Shown here one piece after another: positions 24,851-37,503 of a DNA stretch of 64,000 nt. The translations under genes were made by a program, and so were the position numbers. The notes beneath the pieces were generated by a model. That model made no database searches. It saw only the letters and a list, made by a program, of their open reading frames with translations, and was not told the DNA's origin. The DNA comes from Macrostomum hystrix. Lineage: Eukaryota > Animalia > Platyhelminthes. The stretch is taken from contig CATNEN010000001.1 of assembly GCA_950097015.1 (NCBI GenBank), positions 14,012,001 through 14,076,000 of the forward strand, in the 5' to 3' direction. Numbering within the stretch: the first letter of the stretch is position 1; every line of letters starts with the position of its first letter.

Positions 24851-26047
24851 GGATTCAGGGATTAGGGACGGGATTCAGGGATAACAGATGGGATTCACTA
24901 CTGGATTCAGGAAAAATAAGTGGATTCAGGAATTAGTAATAGGACTCAGGGATTAGAGACAGGACTCAGGGATTAGAGACAGGACTCAGGGATTAGAGAC
25001 AGGACTCAGGGATTAGAGACAGGACTCAGGGATTAGAGACAGGACTCAGGGATTAGAGACAGGACTCAGGGATTAGTAATGGGATTCGGGATTAGAGACA
25101 GGATTCAGGGATTAGAGACAGGATTCAGGGATTAGTAATGGGATTCGGGATTAGAGACAGGATTCAGGGATTAGTAATGGGATTCGGGATTAGAGACAGG
25201 ATTCAGGGATTAGTAATGGGATTCGGGATTAGAGACATGATTCAGGGATTAGAGACAGGATTCAGGGATTAGAGACAGGATTCAGGTATTAGAGACAGGA
25301 TTCAGGGATTAGAGACAGGATTCAGGTATTAGAGACAGGATTCAGGTATTAGAGACAGGATTCAGGGATTAGAGACAGGACTCAGGGATTAGAGACAGGA
25401 TTCAGGGATTAGAGACAGGACTCAGGGATTAGTAATAGGATTCAGGGATTAGAGACAGGATTCAGGGATTAGAGACAGGATTCAGGGATTAGAGACAGGA
25501 TTCAGGGATTAGAGACAGGATTCAGGGATTAGAGACAGGATTCATGGATTAGAGACAGGATTCAGGGATTAGAGACAGGATTCAGGGATTAGAGACAGGA
25601 TTCAGGGATTAGAGACAGGATTCAGGGATTAGAGACAGGATTCAGGGATTAGAGACAGGATTCAAAAATTAGTAATAGGACTCTGGTATTAGAGACATGA
25701 TTCAGGGATTAGAGACAGGATTCAGGGATTAGAGACAGGACTCAGGGATTAGAGACAGGACTCAGGTATTAGAGACATGATTCAGGGATTAGAGACAGGA
25801 TTCAGGGATTAGAGACAGGATTCAGGGATTAGAGACAGGACTCAGGGATTACTAATGGGATTCAGGATTAGAGACAGGACTCAGGGATTAGAGACAGGAT
25901 TCAGGGATTAGAGACAGGATTCAGGTATTAGAGACAGGATTCAGGGATTAGAGACAGGATTCAGGGATTAGAGACAGGATTCAGGGATTAGAGACAGGAT
26001 TCAGGGATTAGAGACAGGATTCAGGGATTAGAGACAGGATTTAGGTA
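24851..26047. repeat. Minisatellite, 20 bp unit AGGATTCAGGGATTAGAGAC
   Basis: Tandem array of about 1.2 kb. Confidence 0.95.
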
Positions 26048-26806
26048 TTCAAGGATTTTTATATCTTATTTAGGGATGGGATCTTAATTGAGATTGAAAA
26101 TTCAGTAAAGTAGATATTGTACTTACCACAAAGTTTTAACAGTAACGTCTTACGTTTTAACACTCGCAAACTCAAAGCTTTCCAGTTTGCCAACTTATTT
26201 TTTTTCACCGTCTAGAAAATTGTTTGAAAGGGTGGAAACTTTTTGAGAGAGGAGAAATGCACGAGAGGATTTTAGAGGAGGAAGGGAGAGAACACACACG
26301 GACGCAAGAGGTAGCGCCAGTCAAAATTGGATACCCTTAGCAACCGCTTTTGGCGGAACTGGGAGAATTTGAGGGATGAGCGAAGCAGGGATGGTACGGG
26401 ACAAGGCCTTGGCTAAAAATAGAAAAATGGAACAGCGGGTCGATGCGACACAGCTAGGATTGAACGGCTTACCCTAGCCTAACCCACTCTCCTCAATCCT
26501 CAACCCTCGTCTCCCGTTTCCTACAGCTCAAATGTGAGTACCTAAAGTGGACACTCAACGAGTACAGCAGTGCCTCAGTGTAGGCTATTGTAATGCTTTC
26601 AACTTAATACTTTATTCTAGGCTATCCAACTGAATCTAGGCAATCGGGCACAATGTCCTCACTTATTAACAAACAATATCATCTGCTACTTATAAATATA
26701 TTTACTTGCCTAACCATGCACTACCTTAGCAAACGTGTGTGCATCAGTGTCACGAGGAATAATCAATGGAAGAGTACATTTTAAGTTATTATTAATAAAG
26801 ACAATT

Positions 26807-27042
26807 ATAATTGATTAGGCCAAATGTGCAGCCGACGGCACAGCCGCAGCTATTACGCGGCGCATCTGAAGGCTGCGTACGGCTGTTCAGTCCATGGACT
26901 GGGACCTCAATTACCCCACCCGTCAACCGAAGCAATACAGAGTTAAGTGTCTTGCTAATGGATACAAATGGTTCACAGTGGAATTGTGAATCGAACCCCC
27001 GACCTTCAAGTCATAAGCCAGCCACTCAACCCTCTACTCTAC
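26807..27042 (-). mobile_element. CORE-type tRNA SINE family B, decayed copy
   Basis: Shares GGCCA.ATGTGCAGCCGAC.GCACA.CC.CAGC...CTGCGTACGGCTGTTCAGT and a B-box (GGTTCGATTC on -) with 38893-39183. Confidence 0.75.
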
Positions 27043-29198
27043 TGGCTAAAACCAGTTTTTTAGTACAAGAATCATGGATTCAGCAATCAAGGACCACTAG
27101 ATCTGCCATGTGCAAGCTATTAATTTGCTAAAATCTCGCTAAAAATACTAATTTACTATATTATTAATGCAACTTTAAACGATATTTCGCTTTCAGAATT
27201 TTACAGAAATCGGCTTTTAACTTTCATCGCTGTAACATTTTAAATTAAATCAGTTAAGCTAAAGCAAAACAAATTAAAATTACTGAAAATGTATATTTGA
27301 TTACTTGGCCTATGGTCTGATAATACATATGGTGCATTTAGGTATCCCTTAAATTCATCATGCCATAATTTCGACAAGTGGTTTAAATAATATTATATCA
27401 TAAATGGCTAGTTATTTACAGTACAAAAAGCAATATAATTATTTAAAATCGTTGTTTTAGTGTTATAAACTAATAATGAATAATATAATTAAACTAAAAA
27501 ACAAATACTAGACTAGCCATGATAAGAAACTATATTAATAAGCTATGTAAGGCAATGAAGCTGGAAGATTATAAAAGATGATAAATTAATTGCAAGAAAT
27601 TATGGCTTATAAATAAAGTACTTAACACGAGAAATGTTATCGGAAACCCATTCCTTGAATTAAGGTTCCCAGTAAAAAGAAAAAAGGTTCAATAAAATAT
27701 ATTGTTATCTAAAGCTGGTACAAAGGTAGGCATGCATCACAGTTTAAGAAATGTTTCTTGAAAGTTTTCCAAACAGTTATGAGTGCATGATATAAATGTA
27801 TTTAATGATTTTTTATTTTAACAGATTTTACTTTATCTTGCGATTGCATCTTTCCTTGCACCTCTACTGTACGAGATATAACACAATTGCCAAAAAAAGA
27901 AATAGTTTTTATGTACTTCAAACAAAGCTAGATTATCAGATTTTGAAGGAAGTACTAACATGAAAAATATTAAACTCAATACCAAAATAAAAAGTTTCTA
28001 CAGTACTACTTAATAACATTCAGTTTTTCTGTTTTCTTTTCCAGACTTTCGATAAATGCTTATAACGTATTAGTTATGCAACATACATATTTATTAGACA
28101 GCACTAAAAATGACTGTATTCAACACAAAGGAGCACGGCAGCTAAATAATTGAAACAATTTCATATTTTAAGTCGTCGAACGTAAGACCTAAGTCTTCAA
28201 AACAATGTTGAGAGGTTCAATACCGTGTATCTAACGGTAAAATCTGAATCACGCACGAAAATCCAAAAAATCTTGTTAAAATAAATTTTATTTATTATGT
28301 TATCGCCTGATTCTATTTGCTACATTCTGCAAATAAGAAAAGTATATTTAACTTCTAAATAAATACATATGTACCTGTTTCTTGATAAAAGTAACTGGCA
28401 ACACAAAAATGTAGGATACTTTGTCTTACCACTTCAACGTAATTTTTAATCCGTACCTGCTAAGCAACACAATTTTTGCTCGCCTGTTCTAAAAACCACT
28501 TGCCAGTTTTTGCTTTTGTATTACTAGTTTCTTTTCCAAGAACCGTACTGTTAATAGAATGTTTCTGTTTATAAGAATGAATCAACAGCCAGTGTAAACA
28601 TTTATATATAGTACGTATTAAGAAAAACTATTTTACAACAAAAGCACAATGAACGCTAACCATAATCATAGCATGGCGTTAAAGTGAAAAACATCCCAAT
28701 TATATTTTTATTAGGTAATAGTTATAGATTTTTTATCTATTTCTGATGGAACGAATCTACAATCCAGAAGGCTTCATTTCATCAAAGCTGTTCAAATAAC
28801 AAGAAAACAATAAAGACAAAAAATGTCTAGTGCTTTTCAATTTTCTTTCGACGAAAAACAATTAATGCATTTTCAATTAGATTTTGTGAGTTGCTTTGCT
28901 TAATTAAATTAATCCATTAGATGAGAACTTTCAGGGATAAATAATTAATCAAATGTTTTCCACGAACTTCCCTTCTACCTGTACCGACTAAGTCTACGAC
29001 GTCTGGGTGGTCGTAAATATTTTTTTAAGTTAAGAAAAACAATAATCATTTATTGTGCACTCTAAACATTATTGACGATCGCCTAAAAATCAAAAGTTTG
29101 ATTTCAGTTTAGTCTTGAAAAAGTAAGATATCGTAGACTACGACTGAATGTAGCACTGTTAGCATGCTACTGGGGTACATATAAATACCCCATCTAAT

Positions 29199-30195
29199 TC
29201 AGTCAATGAGTCCATTGCCATAAACAAGAACTTCACAGAGATTGACCGACAACTGCTGCAGATTGGCAACTGTCAGCGTGCTGCCGAGGGCATTGCATCG
29301 GAAGCTCGCCACGGAGAATGGGACGGTCAGGTTCACGCGGTGGCACTCGACGCCGTCCACTTGAATCGACATCAGATTGAGCACCGATTGGCAACAATCC
29401 TGCCTGTTGTAGATGGTGACGTGCGTGATGCGAGATCGTTTCGACAACTTTCCTTGCCACCAGCCGGATAAGTTATCTGCGGTGTGACTGCACGACCCAG
29501 CCAGTGTCTGGTTGGTGTCCCCGTCTATGGCTCGGCCGCAGACTGCGCCAAGCTTATCCGAGCTCTGGCTGCAGCTGATAATGTTTAGCCTCTCTGTAAA
29601 AATGGACAGAACTGTAAAAGAAAAATAATAATAATAGTAATCACGCAGATGGGCTGCGGGCAATGGCACACCATTAGGTGACAGTGAATGGGACACCACT
29701 AGACCCGCAGCCAGCGAGGAGGCCATTCTGCCCATTTCGCAGACTCCTTAGTGCACACACTCACACAGGTGTGTTCATCTACGTTGGCTTCCTGAAAATT
29801 GATGTGGCCTCGCGGCGTAATCGAGCTCAGGGACAATGGTGCGAGAGGCGAACCGCACAGCCACTCACCCCTTGACATAACAGTATACCTTAGTTGCAAA
29901 CATCACCTGTCTTTCTGATGTAGACATCGCACTGCTCAGACGGACGCCATTCGTCATTGTTGAAAGCGGACCAGTTGAAAAGACGACAGACACCTCGCAG
30001 CCAGCTGAAACCGAAGCACATCCTGACAGCCGAGCAATCCTGGGCGCACTTCAGCCGCTCACTTCCAGACACGGCCACCGTGGCAGCCGGAGTTGAGAAG
30101 TTGCGCGTCCTGACGGCAATGTACCGGACCTGCAGTGTCACCTGGCCGGAGATGAGGATAGTAGACAGCAGCAGGACCAAATTCTTGCTTGACAT
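29199..30195 (-). CDS. Secreted PAN/apple + F-type lectin (fucolectin-like) protein, ~227 aa, paralogue 1
   Basis: Exons 30195-29907 and 29593-29199, phase-1 intron. Signal peptide; CAQDC..CFGFSW..C PAN pattern; RAIDG..CSHT..WW..VTIYNRQDCC..NLCEVLVYG F-lectin pattern. Confidence 0.88.
29622..29871 (-). mobile_element. SINE family A with internal deletion and (ATT)n tail, in the lectin gene intron
   Basis: Reverse complement matches the head and 3' hairpin/tail of the 37152 copy. It accounts for this intron being longer than the paralogous one. Confidence 0.85.
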
Positions 30196-31832
30196 TTTGA
30201 ACTCTGCTTCTTATTGTTGATTCTAAAAATGCATAGTTCTCATTGTGACGAGTCGCTTTGAACTAAATCCTAAACCCATGGTTGGGCCTTTTTAAATATT
30301 TTCGTCCTTTTGTTTGATTGGCCGTAAGAAAATGACATGAGTGATGTTTAATACCTTATTCCTATCTGTCTGGTGGGCTTTTTGTAGTCCTATAGCAACT
30401 ATAGACATTTTACCAAAGCATACACTCAATAGTGTAGTTAGCTATAGCAGTTCACTCACACAAGTATTCTCTAGTTTTCCTTTATAACCTTTACATTTTA
30501 TAAAACTTTGTTTTTATTTGTTTAACCTACATGAGCTTCTATTGTTCGCAACCGAAATCATGTTCAATTGGAATAAAAGCAAAAGAACATTAAGAACAGT
30601 GACGCAAGATGAAAAAGTCACACTGGAAGTAAAAGTAAAAGTCAAACAAAAGGGGCTGGAAATTCTTGCTTTCCTGACTGTTTCTTCCTCAGAATCTTTC
30701 GTATCCCCAGAAGCGAATGTAAATAGATATTTTTGACAGAACAGAAGGACAACGATTAAACATGAGACAAGCCAAGCGCCAATTATACGATTAAGGAAGG
30801 ACAGGATGAACTCTAACCTTTAATTAACGCGACGTAATTCAATAATTCTCGCGTTTTTGCAGTTTCTGCATGGCAGAATGAGGTGCATGAGGTACGGCTC
30901 GTAACGATCTATATAAATGAGTCGACTTCAAGTTAAAGTAAACAATTTTCAACGGAAGGGTTATTTACTGCAGTAGTTCTTGCTTCAATAAAAAATTACA
31001 TTGATCAAACTTACTAACTAAATCTAAATGTGACTAAAACTAATAAATATTTGCATAATTTTGTAGTTCGGTATCCAGAGCGACACACAACGGACGAAAA
31101 TTTGTTTTATTCGAATAATCAAATTTTCTCGAATTTGAAATTCGAGACAGTTAGTAAAAATGTCGGCATGTCTCAATGGGCAAACTGTCCATATGACTAA
31201 TAGTATTAGTGTGTGTAAAAGAAATGAATTTGTGTCAAAATATTTTGTACCAAATGATTTAGAGGTATACACTAACGCTTATGGGAAAAATCCGACCTTC
31301 ATCAAGAACCGTTGAATATCTCGACGATCTGAAGAGCTTGCCCCACACAGATATTGTACTCAGGAAGCACAGTAGGTTTCGATGTGTACATCTGCTCTAG
31401 AATTCTCAACGAATGTGGCCAATTTGACCCGTTAACCCGTTACTGCACCTTTGGGACACATCAGGTGACGGTCCTACAAGTCCTAAAACGTTTTCTTGAA
31501 TCAATTTTCATTCGTTTTTGCCATCTTTTTATCAGAAATTCATTTTTAACAGTAGAAAGTCCATTCGGTTCTTTGAATTTGAATGAGAAGCCATCTTGAT
31601 ATGCATCGCTTAGAGACCTTAGACATCCCTGACATTGTCGAATGACGACTGTCACAACTTTTACTGACAGGCAGTCCTAAGTTGAGACGTAGCTCTCTTC
31701 AGAAATGAAAAAAACTCAAGCATGCGCCTAAAAGGGGCAAACAATGAAGCCTCGCGCCAAGTATAGCTGTTATGGTTATTTGACGAGTTAGTCGCGATGC
31801 CACAGTTGCCCCTATCATCGCAAGGATAAATA

Positions 31833-31867
31833 CACAGATAATATATAACAGTTATATATTATCTGTG
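31833..31867. mobile_element. 35 bp perfect palindromic micro-element with 8 bp TSD (GATAAATA)
   Basis: CACAGATAATATATAAC-A-GTTATATATTATCTGTG flanked by GATAAATA at 31825-31832 and 31868-31875. Confidence 0.75.
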
Positions 31868-32279
31868 GATAAATATTGACTCGCAGTGGTATTCTCAAGC
31901 GAAGCATTATATCCACTACAGTCGCCAGCCATTATCTTCTCATATTAACTATTAACTAACTATTTTATTTTCAGATTGTCAAGCCAACAATTGTGTCAAA
32001 ATAATGAAGATTTTACCATAGACAGTTAGTAAACAGAGCGCCATAATGCTTGGCTTATCATCAGCGTGCATTAATTATCTTAAATCCACACAATTAATAA
32101 ACTCTCCACTCGTAGAAGAGCAGGCTTGGGAAATCCGTTAACCAACTCAAACATCTAGCTGTGGGTGAAGAGTTGCCATTAACGACTAACATAACCATAG
32201 GTAGCGAGGAAAAGTTAATAAATGGAAAACTATTGTGCAGTGTGACCAACGTAACACAGGTCGATTTCTTCTGTTAGCA

Positions 32280-35200
32280 ATGCGCGTCGCGATTTTATTA
32301 GCTCTGCTGCAAATTGTGTGTTTTAAAGGTGAGCTCACCTGGATTACTGTAAGTTGGCAACCTATAATTTATGTTGAAACTAGAGGTTTTATTTTTTTGG
32401 TCTATTAGTGTAATCATTTTGCACTAATTTTACATAACATTGCATAAAATTGAGTAAATATCACTTTTTGACAAGTTTTTGAACACGAGTGTTAAACACG
32501 CGATGTTTTTTCAGTTTGATTATAGATTAAAACAAAAGAAACAATTAAAACAAGTCTTAGATAGGTAGAACTACGTTTTTGGACAGATAAGTTTGAAGCA
32601 AAAAATGCATTCAATTATTTAGAATCCATGATCTTTTGCTACCTCCGCAATTTTCTATCAGAACGATTGGTTCATTCAAATACTTTAGCTCATTTAAAGA
32701 GCTAAATAGCTAAATTAGCTAACAGTGGATAGTTAGTTAAATAAAAAGCCAATAGCCAGGCAATTCTGCCCCTTTCGCTGACTCCTGAGCACACACGCAC
32801 ACAGATACCGTACGCTGGCATAGGCTCACACAGGTGTGTACGTCTGCCTGACTTTCTCATCATCTGGCCGTGTACACTTCACTGTACCTTGAAGGTTAGC
32901 CCTCAAAATCGCCCCGAAGCGAAGCAATAAATGTTGCCTCGCCGCGGAATCGAGCTCAGGGACCTTGGTGAGAGGGGCTGACGCGTTAGATCGCTCTGCC
33001 ACTCGACCCCTTCAGAAGATAGGTAAATTTGCTCGTAAATGAACTACTATTAGTAGACTTAAAAATTTATAAAACATTAAAGATTAACTCTAGAGGACTT
33101 GAATTAACGAAAAATATATATTGCTCGCCTACACCGACAATATATTTGCTTTTAGTTGGCAGTTCTTTCGCCAGCATCAGGAGCAGCATTTTCCAATCGG
33201 CAGCGTCCATCAAGCTTGACACAACAGTGAGCAGTTGGATCGCTAGTGAAGCCAACATCGGCAGCCACATGGTCTGCTTCGCCAAGTGCCAGTCTGCTGG
33301 CTGCGCCGCTGCTTTGTTTTATCCGGGCCGACGCACCTGCGAATTCTTATTGATTAACGACGCTTCGTTGGCCCCCGGACCGCCTGGAACTCACCTGACC
33401 CGAGAGCTGAACGGCTCTGCGATTGGCGCTAGAGTGTGGAAAGCTGCGAACTATGACGACGTTTTGAGAAGCCGGGCGATGGTCAACCTGACCTATCTAA
33501 GTAAGCCAAAGTGATCTTGACTGCCACACTTTTTAGTTCCGGTTACTGGGGTGAATCCAGCCTGTACAGGTCGAACACACCTTTAAATATGGCACTCCAC
33601 GGGGGTGAGTGGCAGAGGTGTCTAACGCGTTTGCCCCTCTCACCAAGGTCCCTGAGCTCGATTCCTTGGCGATCGCAATATTCATTTGTGGCTTGTCATG
33701 GAATTAATGACTTTGAGGGCCAACCTCCAAGGTACGGCGAGAGTGTACACTGCCTGACGGTGAGAAGGTCAGTGGAGATGTACACACCTGTGTGAGTGAG
33801 TACTCAGGAGTCAGCGAAATGGACAGAATTGACACTCCAAAAACAGCACATCAAATGATCAAGCTAAGCAGCAGCACCCGATACCACCCAGTTCTCCAAG
33901 GTAGCACCCGCCTAAAATACCCCCTTAGCTTATTTTACAAAAAAGGCTCTAGCTTGGTGACTTGGCGTCTCTCGCTGGCTTTTTTCTTTCCCAACATCCA
34001 CCCAAGCAGTCGACATTGCTTGGAGCAATGATCCAGATGGACGATGATTGCTGTTGCAGATTCGGGCACAGGACGTGTTGGCAGTGTACAGGTCCTTCTT
34101 ATCAACATCACCGGCTGCTATCGCATTGAAGCCGCCGGTGCCAGAGGCGGCCAATCAGGAACTTCGCTGCCCGGCGGCTGGGGCGCCACCTCGGCTGGCA
34201 GCTTCGGCCTGGCCGCCGGCACTCGCCTGGCTATCGTCGTTGGCCAGGCTGGTGGAGCCGCTTCAAAGAATCAAGGCGGCGCCGGTGGTGGCGGCGGCAG
34301 CTTCGTGTACACCAACTCGGACAGCGGTTACAGGAACAGCTCAGTCACGAATCCCAGCGTGAGCAACTGCATGCGAGATGGCAGTGCAGCCGCCTGCTAC
34401 TTGCTGCTAGCCGCAGGAGGCGGAGGGGGTGCGTCCAGCGACTATGATGGTGAGTCTCGTCAAAAGTCAAAAGTGCTGACTGGTGTCAGGCGCAGAATGC
34501 GGTTACAGATCGGCTGCTAAAAGTGGCTCCAGTGAAATGCAATAATTAAATTATCTGAAACCCACGCTGGCTCACGGTTTACCAAGGACTAATACTTACA
34601 TTAGAAGGCCCTTAATTATTGGAAAAGTTTTTTTCATAATAGAAAATCTAATTGTGAGCCACTTTAGAGAGCAGAATTATGATAGTTGAGGATATAGTTC
34701 TATAGACTCATTCAGTTTTATATGTGAAATTATTTCGTATGGTTTGAAGCGAGAATGAATATGGCTCATTTTCCAGTTTTTTCTTTCGGCATTCTTCTCC
34801 TGGCCATTTTTTGCCCGATAGTATTCGCGCAATGTACTTTTATTATAATTAGATAAAATGTGTGAATGCAGATGCAAAACTTAGGAAACTGGTTTTCGCA
34901 TAAAAATGAGAGAATTTTTTCATATTTTCACATTTCAGATGGTGATTGATTTCTATTAAAAGCTGCTATTGTGATATAACTCTACCCAGTATTTTGCTGA
35001 TTTGAAAATTATTTTTTTTGAAAATAAAGATTTTCAAATCCTATTATTTTCTTTACTGGGCCTATAAAAAACATTGGCAGAGTCTAAGCATATAAGCAGG
35101 GTGAGTGGCAGAGTGTTTAACGGGTTTGACTCTCGCACCAAGATCCCTGAGCTCGATTCCGCGGCGAGACAACATTAATTGGGGCGGAGAGAAGGCTTTG

Positions 35201-35935
35201 GGGCTTGTCGTGCAATTTGCGCCTTTGAGGAAGGCACAGTGAAAGTGTACACTGCCTGGCGATGAGAAAGTCAGGGAAGATGTACACACCTGTGTGAATA
35301 CTTCAGTAATAGGCTCCTAAACTGTTTCTAAGAAACAGAGGTTCCCGTCCTTCTTCCATATTCCATGTCTACGGTATGCGGAAGAAAAGCACTGCGATAT
35401 GTTGAAAAATAGTCCAGTGGTTGTCCACTTTATCCCTTTATCAGGCATTGCTGGCCGGGATGTCACATCTGGAGCGAACTCGATTGGAAATCTGAACGGT
35501 AAAAGTGGCGACGGTGGCACTAACGGCAACCCGGGATTCCTGAACCCAAGCGACAGGTACATGCTGAACAGCCTGGGCGGCTGCGGCGCAGGCTGGCTCG
35601 GCTGGGCAGTCAATCCGAAGAACAAGCTCAATGATGGCGACCGCGGAGGCAGCCTCAACGTAGACTGGCTAGGCGGCCAGGCCGGCGACGACGGAAGTGG
35701 CGGCGACGGCGGCTTCGGCGGCGGCGGCGGCGGCGGCAACGACAGCGGAGCATCTGGTGGCGGCGGCGGTTTCAGCGGCGGAGGCGCCGGGGGCGGATAC
35801 ACTCATGCTGGTGGCGGCGGCGGCTCTGTCTGCTTTGGAACCGGTTGCGTCGCTTCGACCGGTGGCAACTCCGGTCGCCAGCAGGGCATTGTGACAGTCC
35901 GCCTGCTGAACCATTTGCCAGCCAACTGTGGCTGA
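32280..35935 (+). CDS. Secreted PAN/apple + ALK/LTK-type glycine-rich domain protein, ~424 aa, no transmembrane segment or kinase
   Basis: Exons 32280-32328 (MRVAILLALLQIVCFK), 33156-33500 (CFAKC..C..C PAN), 34060-34449 and 35445-35935. All introns phase 1, GT-AG. YRIEAAGARGG..GGWGA..L.IVVGQAG..GGGGGSFV..LLLAAGGGGGA and GGFGGGGGG..GGGGGFSGG are characteristic of the ALK/LTK glycine-rich domain. Confidence 0.85.
32758..33010 (-). mobile_element. SINE family A, intron 1 of the glycine-rich gene
   Basis: Reverse-complement head GGGGTCGAGTGGCAGAGCGATCTAACGCG...GCTCGATTCC. Confidence 0.85.
33601..33831 (+). mobile_element. SINE family A, intron 2
   Basis: GGGGGTGAGTGGCAGAGG...CCCTGAGCTCGATTCC...TACACACCTGTGTGAGTG...CAGGAGTCAGCGAAAT. 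Confidence 0.85.
35098..35310 (+). mobile_element. SINE family A, intron 3
   Basis: Same head and body motifs, 3' truncated. Confidence 0.85.
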
Positions 35936-36894
35936 AGGATTTTGGAAGGCTTCGAGATCATTCGTTCATCGTTAGCTCCCAATTTTGCGATGATCTTTTG
36001 CGGTTCTTTTGGCTTGTTCTATGACCTGCTACATTATTATAACAAAGTGACACAAAATACTGACTTTCAAAATTAGCACAAACCATACACAATCTTTAAG
36101 TTAGCTATTAAATTATTAGCTTTAAATTATGCTTAATTTGTCTTATGGCCGGCACTATCGGCTTTATTAAAAATGAATAATACAAGTACTACTTTCCTTT
36201 CTTCTGAAAGTAGTAGGTTGATTTTTTTCTCCAGAACTGGCACTATAAAAATGCTGGAAAAACCGTAGAGACGATCTGGGTTGAACGTACGAGTAAATGG
36301 GTAGCTGCCTAGGTTTCAGAGTCCACCCATACACTGATGCGGAGAAGGTTGAAGACTGAGCACATCGAATCAACAACAAAAATATTTCGCTCAGAAAATG
36401 TTAACTCCATGCGCAGAAAAAAATTATTCTGAGAAAACTTCCACAACGATCGATTGCTTCCATCTAAAAAAAGCAATGAAAAAATGGAATACGCAAGCAA
36501 ATAGAGGCACCACTATATGAAAGTAAGTAAAACATGCGAGAAAATCTCGCTTTCCTTTTCCTTTACAAAATAAAAAACTTTCTTCAGCACGCGACTGTCT
36601 GTCCTACGAATCGGATGTGAATCGATCGTTTTTAGTAAAAAAATCGATCTTTTTTTAACAAAACGGAAAGAATAAAACAGAGCCATTGTGTGAGTGCAAA
36701 GACTTCACTTTCTCGCTGCTGAGTTATGATTTTAACTTGGTCATTGTCTCCTCAGTTTGTTGTCAAGCATCCGTCTCCAACGACTACTCGTGGCTGTAGC
36801 GGCATAACAAAAATGTAACTGATCTGAGGCTTAAGAATGGCTTGGTGTGTAATTATTAATAAGTACGAGCATAGCCTACAGATATGCTTCGAAA

Positions 36895-37060
36895 GTAAAC
36901 ACTCACACAGGTGTGTACATCTACCCTGACTTTCTCATAGTCAAGCAGTGTACACTCTCACTGTGCCTTGGGTAATGGACTCCGTAATTGGCTTTCACAG
37001 ACGCAAATTGCACGGCAAGCAGCCCTTCAAGCCCAAATAAATGTGACCTCCCCTGGGGTT
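36895..37060 (-). mobile_element. SINE family A, decayed partial copy
   Basis: CACTCACACAGGTGTGTACATCT..CTGACTTTCTCAT..GCAGTGTACACT is the reverse complement of the family body. Confidence 0.65.
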
Positions 37061-37151
37061 GAACACATGGACAAAGTTGGATATGACAGTCAGACGCGAT
37101 GCTGATGTTCGCTATATATTTCCTGCATCACATGCAGGCTGTACGCATGAA

Positions 37152-37503
37152 GGGGTCGGTGGCAGAGCGGTTAACGCGTTAGCTTCTTGCACCAAGGTCC
37201 CTTTAGTTCGATAACGTGGCGGCGCCACATTTATTTGGGGCGCAGCCGCGGAGAGAAGGCTTGGTGGCTTGTCGTGCAATTTATACACAGTTTATTCAGT
37301 GAAGTTTACACTGCCTGACGATGAGGAAGTCAGGGCAGCTGTACACACCTGTGTGAGTGTTTGCCTGCGTACAGTATCTGTGTGCGTGTGTTCTCAGGAG
37401 TCAGCGAAATCGACAGAATTGCCTCCTCGCTGGCTGCGGGTCTAGTGCCACCGAATGATGTTCCAATGCCCGCAGCCCTCCTGCAATTATTATTATTATT
37501 ATT
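37152..37503 (+). mobile_element. SINE family A, most complete copy (~350 bp)
   Basis: tRNA-like head with A/B boxes, 3' stem GGCTGCGGG...CCCGCAGCC, (ATT)n tail. Confidence 0.88.

Noticed and set aside
37315-37410. Hammerhead ribozyme (CTGACGA...GAAA) in SINE family A
   Set aside because: No closing stem II pair, and the core is not conserved in other copies (CTGACGG, CTGGCGA).
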